Shown here in pieces: positions 1-10,000 of a DNA stretch of 20,623 nt. The notes beneath the pieces are model-generated. The model ran no database searches and had not been told where the DNA came from. It saw only the letters and a program-made list of their open reading frames with translations. A program made the translations under genes and the position numbers. The DNA lies in assembly GCA_001724265.1 (NCBI GenBank), contig MEDY01000224.1:62001-82623 (forward strand). Direction: 5' to 3'. The first letter of the stretch is position 1, and every line of letters starts with the position of its first letter. The stretch comes from Rhizaria sp. SCN 62-66 (lineage: Eukaryota).

Positions 1-1032
1 AAATCTATTGATATTATATGGATTAAAACAAGGAATGTACATACACAAAACACGTCACGTCTCATAATCAACATCTGTACGATCTATTCATCTCCTTCAC
101 ACAGAGCAGCTCTCTTCCCTGACTGTTACCGCGATGATGCAGCGCGTGGCATAAGCTCGTAGGGCGTCGATGTTGCCGAAATTATTGCGTGTCGCTTTAC
201 CTCACCTCTTGGACTGTGCTCCGCCACAAGCAAACTCCCTCCTCAACGTTAACGTTGCCAAGGTGCAGGGTGAGACTTTCAGCCAAGGTAACACCGTCTC
301 CAACGCAGGTACGAGCTACGGTCTCTCTGTATCTCGCCTGCCACTCGTGGCGTCTTTGCACCTTGCCACACCATCCAAGCTCAGTTTACCATTGTCCCAG
401 AAACAATCTCCCCGTATTCTGCCAATGGGAGCTGCGTCGTCCTTGGGTGTCATCACTCGCGCATTTGCCACGGCGGCGCGGGCAGTGATCGACTCTCGGT
501 CCGTTTGTGGCTGCTGCTAGGTTCTCGGTTAAAGTGGCTGTTGACGAGGTAAATCTCAAAATGAACGTATTGACAACTGCGAGGGAGCGGTCCCTCCTTC
601 TTGATATTCCGGCGGCTGAGTTCGACAAATTTAGATGATAGTTACGTCTGTACGTAGTACGTATGAGGCATTGATGCAGAAGAAGTACTATATTTCATGA
701 GAAAGCAAGCTGAAAATCGGTGGTAAACGTCAAATTAGAGGTCATGATTGAATGAATAACATTCGTTCTATTGTGGATTATGTTGAACAACTTATAATCA
801 ATTTCGCATCAACTGCAAATGCAGACAGTTTGATACGTACGACGTATTAGTCCGGAAAATTGTGGAATGGGACAGTCAAACAAATTAGAACAATACACTT
901 GAAGAGAAGCAAATACGAAAGCTTAACAACACGTCAAATATCGAACAGAATAAGTAACAAACAGCAGCAACTAAAACACTTCTTGTATCAGTGTAAGTCC
1001 GCTGTACACAGTAAACAGCAGTCCTTTATAAC

Positions 1033-4000
1033 TTACTCGAAGTCGTCGAACGAGATGTCGAGGTCGAACGGGTCGTCATCGTCATCGTCCTGAGCAATGA
1101 TAGCCGCGGGAGCAGCAGCAGCAGCGCCGCCGGCCTTCCGGGGGGCAGGCTCGGGAATGCGCTGCACAGACTCGAACTTGTCGTCATCGTCGTCGTCATC
1201 AACGTCGTCGTCGTTGTTCTCATTGTCGGTGTCGTTGATGGACTGGCTGAGGTCCACGTCGCTGCTCGCAGGACTGGGCTCCAAACTGCTCGGCTCCACA
1301 GCCTCCGCCCCCGCGCCCGCGCCACGGAGGTTCGCAGGCGCCAGCGACGGAGTGCTGACCGTGAGAAGCGACGGCGTGCTCGCGCCGCCAGCGCCGCGGG
1401 CGTTGTTGCTGGGGGTTGCCTTGGCCGAGCTGGCAGCGCTGGCCTTGCCCTTGGCGGCCGCGGCGGGCAGCGGCGTGGGTGCGACGACAACGTCCTCATC
1501 GCCGCCATAGTCCGCAAGCTCAGGCGCAGCAGCAGCAGCAACAGGAGTGGCGTGATTGTACGCAGGCGGCGAGCCCGAGCCCTTGGGCTGGGACGGCTGC
1601 GCGCGGGGCGTCTGGTGCGGCGTGCGCTGCGGCGGTGGCGGCATGTTGCTGTGCAGCGTCGGCGCGAACACCGACTCGCGACGGTTCGCCGCGTCGTTGT
1701 CGTCCTTGTCATCGGCCTCAGCGCCAGCGTCGTTGCCCTTGGCATTGGCTCTGTGCGCGGCGAGCTCGGCCTGGGCGTCCGCCTGCGCCTGCGCCCGCGC
1801 GCGCGCACGGCGCGCCTCGGCGGCGTCGGCGGCCTCCTGGCCAACCGCCGCGAGCGCGGCCGCCGCGTCACCGCCGCTGCCGCCGTCTTCCTCGGCAATC
1901 GGCGCGGGCACGCCGCGCGGGCGGGAGCTCGCGGGTGCCAGGCGACGGCGGCTCGCGCTGCCGGGCGGGGACCCGCCAGCGGCGTTCTCGCTCTCGTTGG
2001 CGTTAGAGCTCGCAGCGGCGGCGGCAGCGGCGGCGGCAGCGGCGGCGTCCTGCTGCTGCTTGCGGAGAAGAAGGCGCGCGCGCATCTGCTCGATCCACTG
2101 GTAGTAGGCGACCAGGGTAGCGAGCGACATGAAGAACTCCGCGGCGTCGGTGGAGGTGGCGAAGGCGACGTCGAGCGAGCGCGCCTCCTTGGGCGTGGGC
2201 GCACCGATGACGACGGTGGACTCGCAGTGCACGAGCGCGTCGCCGTCGAGCACGTACCCGCTGCCGACTGCGAAGAGCGAGTGGCCGCGCATCTCGCCGC
2301 CCGCGGCAGCGCCGGAGGAGACGGCGGTGACGGCGCCGCGCTCGTGCAGCGTGGGCGTCGCGCGCTCCGCAGAGGCGCCAGGCGTGTCGAGCGACTTCAT
2401 GTTGGGCGTGCGGCGCGGGGCCGCCTCGGTGCCGTTGAGGCGCGCGCGCAGGCGCGACATCAGCCCCTTCTGCGGCTGCTGCGGGCCAGCGCTGCCGCCG
2501 GGGGTCGCCGCGACAGAGGCGCCACTGTCACCAAACTCACTGTTGGTGCTGTTGCTGCCGTTCGCGTTGCTGGGGGTGGCGGGGACCATGGCGGTGGTCG
2601 TGCTGACCGTGCCGTTGGCCGGGGACGCGGCGACGGAGCCGGCGCCACCGTTGTTGCGCGCGCCGGAGGGCGAGATCGCAACCGTGAGCGCGCGGTGGCC
2701 GCCGATCGCGGGCGACGCGGCGTTGTCAAGATCCACGCTGCTGTTCGCTGAGGTGACGTTGGTGGCGTTGTTGTTATTGGCGCTGGCGTTGGGGTCGGGC
2801 GGGAACTGCAGCACGGAGACGCACAGCGCGGGGTGGATGCTGTTGGGGATGGTGTTGGCAGTGAACACATGCGTCTTGCGCCCGCGCGCGACGGCGCCGA
2901 TGTTGAGCACGGCGATGCACTTGTCGGCGGCGGGCTCGACGCGGCCCGCGCGTACGGCGTCGCGCGTCTTCGCATCGTCGCACCAGTACAGACAGCGCAG
3001 CCGCGGGTGGTAGGCCAGCACGCGCCGGCTCGCCTTGCCGTTCTTGTGCGAGAACTTGAGCACTTCGTACCCGGCCGTCATCTGCTCCAGACGCGCGTCC
3101 GACAGCGGCAGCGGCTGCCCCTTGGGGCCGACGGGTGTGCCAGAGGGGCCCAGCAGCAGCCCGCCGCGGCGCACGGCGTGGCGCAGGCGCGAGCGCAGCT
3201 GCGAAGGTTCGTTGTCCCCCGCCGTGTTGGCATGGGAGCGCGTGGTCGAGGCATCGTCGCGCTGCGAGTCGCGCTGAGAGCTGCGGTCCCGGTCGCGGGA
3301 GGAGCGCTTGTCCTTCTTGTCCTTCTTGGCCTTTTTGTCCTTCTTCTCCTTCTTGTCAGTCTTCTCGACGAGCGCAGTGCTGTCGGGCTCGACCGCGACG
3401 AGCGCAGTCGTCTCACCCTTGGCAGGCGCAGACGCAGGGGCAGCAGCAGCGGCGGCAGGCTCGGGGCTGTTGACGGCTGCGGCAGCGGCAGCGGCGGCGG
3501 CAGCAGCAGTGGCCGCCGCCGCAGCGGCCGCCGCGGCGACGGCAACGGCCTCAGCGGCGGCCAGCGCCGCGGGCGTCGGAGCTGGAGCCGCAGCGGCCGT
3601 CGCAGGAGCAGCGACAGGAGCCGCTACAGCAGCCACAGCAGTCGCAGTGCCAGGAGCGGCGGGAGCGGGGACGGGGGACTCGTCGTCGACGGTGAAGAGC
3701 CCCGCGACGAGGCGCTTGGCGCCCAGCACCAGCGGGTCCACGGGCGTGAACAGACAGCCCAGCGAGACGGAGAAGGCGCCTAGCGACAGCGCGCGGGACA
3801 TGTCGCGCAGCCGCTTCGCGCGCGCGCGCGAGACGTGGCCCGGCAGCTGTGCGGCCTTGCCCGCGCTGGCGGCCAGCGCGGCCGAGGCCGCGGCGGCCTC
3901 GGTTGCGGCGGCCGCGGCGCGGTCGGAGCGCGTGTAGGCCGCGATGGCCGTCTTCCAAGCCGCGTGCACGGCGCGCGGCTGCGACAGCGGCACGTTGACG

Positions 4001-7000
4001 CGCGTGGCGAAGACCTGCCCGGGGACGAGCGCGAGCGCGAGCTCGCCGGAGACGAAAGCATCGTCGCCGTCGCCGTCGTTGTCGCCGTAGCCGGCCTCGT
4101 TGTCGTTGCTGTTGTTGAACGTGGCGTCGAGCGCAGAGCTGCCAGACATGAAGAGCGAGTCGTCGGCGCCAGTGCCGTTGCAGTTGTTGGTCGGCTCTTC
4201 CCAGCGCCAGCCGCCCGCGCCGCCGCCGTTGGCCAGCGTGGACGCCGGCGCGCTCGACGCGTCAAGCCCGCTGGCGTTGGGCAGGGCAAGGGCGCGGTCG
4301 CCGCGCCGCAGCCATGACTCGTCGTCGTTCGCACTCGTAGGGGCGGAGGCGGCGGTGGTGCTGGCGGGGGCCTGCTTGCGCGCCGCGGCGGACGAGGCCG
4401 TGGCGGCGGCGCGGCGACGCGCCTGCACCGCCATCTCAATCGCGCCGTGCGCGATGCGGTTGGCCTGCGTGCCGCGGACGCACGCCGTCACTAATTGATC
4501 CAACCCGATCTCAGCCTCGGCGAGCCACTGCGCCGCGCCGGTCGTCTCGCGCGTGGGGGCGTCAGCGAGGTCGTAGAGGTTCAGCTGCAGCGAGCCGCGC
4601 GCGTGGGGCGCGTACAGCACCGAGAAGGTCGTCGTGAACACGGCCTCGCCGGGGCACAGCGACTGCAGCGCGCCTGCTGGGGCCGCGCCCGGGAGCGCGC
4701 GCGAGGCGAAGCACTGCGACGCGGGCACGCCCGCGTTGCTCGCGGCGCCGGTGGCGATGTTGGGAGTCGTTCCAGCAGCGGCGGCGACGAGCTTGCGCGA
4801 GGCAGCGTTCGGCGACCCGCCCGCGGCGCTCGCGGCGGATGGCTTGGCGGCGGGGGCCGGCGTACCGGGCAGCGGGCCGGGGACGTCACCGTACATGGCG
4901 TCCGTGTGGCCCAGGAAGCGGCCCGCGCGGTCCGCCGTCGAGCGTGCGAAGGCGCCCATGAGCCACAGCGGCAGCGGCGAGACCGGCGACTCGCTGCCGT
5001 GCGCACTCGCCTCGCCGGCAGCGCTGGCCGCCTCGGTGCCCCCGTCGGCCGCGAGCGTGGGCAGCATCGAGTAGGACACGGTGACCGTGAGCAGTCCGGG
5101 CGGGAGCGGCTCGACCACGCACATCGGCATCGGCCGCTGCGACAGCAGCTGCAGCAGCCGCGCCGCGCGCCGCAGCTGCGCCAGCGTCGTCGGCGGCACG
5201 TCGCGCAGCGAGAACTCGCCGCGCGCGTCGCTAACATCGCTCCAGCCGTAGCCGCAGACGACGCTGACGTTGCTGGGCGAGGCCGCGTTAGCCGCCGCGC
5301 CCGCGGCGCCGTCCTCGGGGCTGGGCCGCTTGCCCTCGCCGTCGGCAGCGTCATCGGGCCGGGAGACGGTGAAGACGACGCCGCCGGCCGTGACGCGCGG
5401 GGTGCGGGCCAGCGCCGCGCGCTTGCGCTGCGCCGTGCCGGGCGCCAGCGGCTGCTGCGACTCGGCCAACGCGAACGCGCGCGCAGGCGTGTTCACGGCA
5501 GCTGTCTCGCTCGTCGCGACTGTGATCGCGGCGGCGTCGAGGGGCGTGCCGTCGGGGCGCGCGCGCGGCGTGCGCGCGAGGCGCCGCACGGTGTAGGGCG
5601 TCTGCGGCACGGCCGCGCCGCCGCCGGGCAACGCGAGGCGGCCACCGCTGTAGGCGCTGCCGACGCTGCTGGCGCCGGGGCCGCGGGGCCGCGGCGCGCG
5701 CACCGGCGTCTGCACCACGGCATTGTTATTAACCACGCCGTTGACCGAGAGCGTGACGACGGGGGCCACGAACGCGGGCGCGGGCGCGGGCACGGCGGGC
5801 AGCGCGGGCGGCGGCGGCAAGATCGCGGCGATGCCCGTCAGCGCCGCGGGCGCGAGCCCCCACGCCGCGCTGCTGGCCTCGAGCATGCGCGCCACGTCCG
5901 CGGGCGTGTACAGCGTCGGCGGGGTCAGCGCGGGCACGGACGTCGCGGCGGCCGCGTTGGCTGCGGCGGCGGCGGCGGTGGTGGCGGCGACGGCAGCGGT
6001 GGCCGCGGCGGCCTCGGCAGCCTTCGCGGCGTTGGCCGCGGCCGCGATGGCGTCATTGGCGGCCGCGGCGGCACCGAGCTCGTCGGCCAGCGCCTCAGCC
6101 TCCGGCGCGAGCGAGTTCAGCAGGCCGAACAGCGCGGCGCAGGGCGCGGCGAACACAGGCGGCGGTGCCACCGCGAGCGCGCGCGCACGGCGCACCAACA
6201 CGTCTCCGCTGGCCGCCGCAGAGTGCGGCGCAGAGGCTGAGAAAGCGGAGACCGAGGCCGCGAGCGCGGATTGCGCGTGCGTGCGGACGGAGCCGGCGGG
6301 CGCGTGGCGGGCGAGAGCGGCGACGGCCCACTGCGGCGCGCGCTCGTACACGACGACGGGGCGCGGCGCCGCGGCCGTGTGCGGCAGGAACGCGGCCGAG
6401 AAGGCCGAGACCCAGGTGTCGCGCAACGCCGCGGTGGGGAAGCTCAGCCGCAGGCAGCGCAGCTCGCTCAGCGCGTCCGCCGCGGCCGCAGTCGCAGGCG
6501 AAACGCCGTTGCTGTTGGTGTTGCCATTACTGGCGTCGGCGTCTGCATCTGCGTCGGCGGAAGGCAGCGCGCGGCGGTAGAGCACGGCCACGAGAGCCGG
6601 CTGGCGCGGCACGCGGCCGCGGCGGCGACGAGCCTCTGCAGCGGCCGCGGCCGCGGTCGCGGCGGCCGCATCGCCGCTCTCGGCAGCCGCGGCCGCAGCA
6701 GCGCTGGCGTCGGCGGCATCGGCGGCGTCCTGGTCGGCGGCGTCGGCGTCGTCGGCCTCGGCCTCGGCGACGGCGTCGGCGTCCTCGGAGGCTGCGGCGT
6801 CGTCAAGTGCGTGGCCAAGCTCGGACAGCACGCTCTGCGGCACCGACGCCGCGGCATTTACACCGCCGGCGCCGCCAGAAACAGAGGAGCTAGCGACCGA
6901 GCCGGAGATGGAGCCATTTGCGTCCGCCGCCGCCGCACCAATGGGAGAGAGGACGCCTGCAATGCCCGCGGTGGCCGCGGCGTCGGCGCGCTCCGCGGCG

Positions 7001-10000
7001 GCGAGGCGCGCGAGGCGGGCCTGCGCGGCGAGCAGCGAGAGCATGCCGTCGCCCTCGTCGTCCGCAACCAGCGCGGCGGCGGCGCCGTCGACGCACACGG
7101 CGGCCACGTGCGCGAGCGGCGCGACGCGGCCAGCGGCGAAGGCGGCGTGACGCGCAGGGAACAGCATCGCCTGCAGGGTCGCCTCGGCCTCGGCAGGGGT
7201 CGTCGCCCCAGCCGCACCAGACTTGCTGCTGTTGCTGTGCTTAGCGTTGTCGCCGCGGAGCGAGATGCGCATGAGACGCGCGACGGCCAGCGCGGCGCGC
7301 TCCGAGGCGGCGGCGTCGGCGCCCGGCGCGGGGACGGGGGCCGCCGAGGCGCGCGCCAGGTCCACCGACGTGCTCACAGTCGCGCTCACGTTCGCTGAGT
7401 CAGCGGCAGCAGCGGAGGCGTCGCTGCCACTGCCGCTGCCGCCGAGCTGCGCGGGGAGGCTGAAGCGCGTGCCGGCGACGGCGGACGACGCGGAGCAAGG
7501 CGGACACCACCACAGAGCGCCCAGGTCGACCGCGGCGGCGCCGCCGAGGCGCGCAGCGTCGAGCGTAGCCACGGCCGCGGCCGCAGAGCTCGACTCCGCA
7601 GCCGCCGCCGCCGCCGCAGTCTGGGACTTGGACTTGGTGGTGGTGGCGTTGACCGCGGTGACGAAGGTGGCGTCGGCGTATGACTGCTCGCCCTCGTCGT
7701 CGGTGAAGTCGCCCGCGTCGACGTCGTCGTCGACATCGACATCCAAGGCGTTCGCGCCGGCAGCCGCGGCCGCGGTCTCGGCGGCCACGGCGGCGGCCTC
7801 AGCGGCCGAGGCGCTCAGCGCGGCGGCCGCGGCGGCGCGGGGCAGGTCGCTCGCGCCCGCGGGTGCCGGGTGCGCCGCCAGCGCGGCCAGCAGCGTCTCT
7901 GCGGCGCGGCCTGCGGCGCCCGCAGGGGCAGTGGCGGGAGCCAGGAAAAGGTGCGTCTCGCTCGCCGAGTGCGCGGCGCGCGCGCGGGCCTGCGCGGCGG
8001 CGGCGACGGCGCGCGCCAGAGTCGCGGCGACGGCGCGCGCGGCGACCGAGCGCGCGACAGCGGCCGGTGACCACACGAAGGCGGTGGCGAGCAGCGCGGT
8101 ATTGCTGCTGGCGGCGAGCGCGAAGGCCGACTCGGCGCTCGCGAGCAGCCGCAGCAACACGCGCAGCGGCGACAGCGCGGAGACGGCGGCGTTGCTGAAG
8201 CCCGCAGAGGCAGAGCACTCCGCCTCGCCCCGCGGGAAAGGACCTGATCGCGCCGCAGCAGCGGCGGAGTGGCCGTGATGCCCGTGCTGGCCGATCTGCG
8301 ATTGCGGCTGTGAGGCCTGCGAGGCGGCGGGCAGCGTGGCGAACGAGTCGGACAGAGTCATCGCAAGCAGCGACGACGCCGCGAAGACGCCTCTATCGTT
8401 AGCATCAGCATTAACAGCGCTCGCGTTCATGTTATTGTTAGCGTTGTTGTTGTGATTGTCGGATGTGACAGCGAGCGCGGCCGCGAGCAGAGCGCGCGTG
8501 CGCGCGGGCAGCGGCGCGGCGAGCAGCTCGGCGCCCGCAGCAGCGACAGCGGCGGCGTTGTTAGGACTACTTGCAACGGCGGCGTCGGGCAACGAAGCGA
8601 TGATGGAGCCCTTGATGAGCCACGCGCGCAACAGCGAGACGACAACCGCCGCGGACGCCGCGCCCGGTGCAGCCAAACCGGCAGCGTCACCACCGTTCAC
8701 AGTCAACGCGGTCGAGCTCGCGCTGCCCGCGGCGGCGGCTGCGGCGTCGGAGGTCGCGGGCAGCAAGTAGCGCGCGCCGAGCGAGCCGAAGCTCGCAGGC
8801 ACCGGATCGCACCGGCCCTCGCTCGCTCTGGCGCCGCCGGCGGGTGCAACGGCGGAGGCGGCGGCGGCGGCGGCGGCGGCGGTCTCAGCGGCGTTGGCAG
8901 CGGCGGCCGCGGCCTCTGAGGCAGCGGCATTGGCGGCGGTGACCTCAGCCGCGGCGGCCTGCGCGGCGGCCTCGGCGGCGGCGACGGCGGCCGGGTCCGG
9001 CGCAGCCAGGTAGAGCACTGTACCGTCGGGCGTAACCGTGATGGCGCCCGCCGCGGCCGACTGCGCCGTGGGCGAGGGCGCGGCGGGCGCGGACCGCAGC
9101 AGCAGCGGCGCGTGGCGCACCAGGAGTCCCTGCGCGGCGGCGTCGGCCTCGGCCTCGCAGTCCAACGACAGCGCGCTCGCACCCAGCGCCGAGTCCGCCG
9201 CGGAGGCGCCGTTGCCCGCGGAGGTGGGCACGGCGGCGAGACGCTTGGGCGCGGCGGCCTCGAGGGGCTCGCGCGCGGCGACCGAGGTGGCGGCGGCCAG
9301 GGTAGGGAATAGTGCGTTCTCGCTGGGAAAGACGACCTCGCGTCCCGGCGCAAAGGTGTTATCCGCGCCGTTGGGGACGAAGTTTGAGCCGAAGACGCGG
9401 ACGGCGGAGACGAAGCTGCCCTCGCCGAGCCCGGCGAGCGCGGCAGGCGCGGCGGGCGGCGTAGGCCCCAGCGGCAGCGCGGTGCCGGCCAGCGGCAGGT
9501 CGAGCGCGAGCGGCGTCAGCAGCGGCAGCGTCGCGACAAGGTTGGCGTGGCGCAGCACCGCGGCCGCGCCCGGCACGCGCTGCGCGAGGTACAGGTGGTG
9601 CAGCGCGAGCGCGAGCGCGGCCAGGAACAGCGAGCGGTCCTGGGCGGACGCGAAGTCGAGTGACAGCGCGTACAGCGGCGGCGCGTCGGCGGGCAGGGCG
9701 GCGGCGTTGGCGGGCGCGGGCAGCGGGACGTAGCCGCCGGCCGCGGGGTCGAAGCCCCAGCGCTGCGGCGACTCGGGCGCGCCGGCCACGAGCAGCGTCA
9801 GCGCGCAGTCCTCGGGCACCGCGGGGGAGACCACGAACGGGCGCGGGGCGCGGCCGACGTAGAGCTCGACGATGTCGCGCGGGTCCAGCGGCTTGAGCGC
9901 GCGCAGCGGGGGCGCGGCGGCAGCGGAGTTGGCGTTAGACGCGGACGCTGCAGGGTTGCGGATGGGCGCGAGCCACTCGAACAGCGGCAGCGCGAGCGGG

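Noticed and set aside
643-664. Short TACGT tandem (tacgtctg-tacgtag-tacgtat) and nearby small palindromes (245-256, 581-596)
   Set aside because: Too short and low-copy to distinguish from chance.
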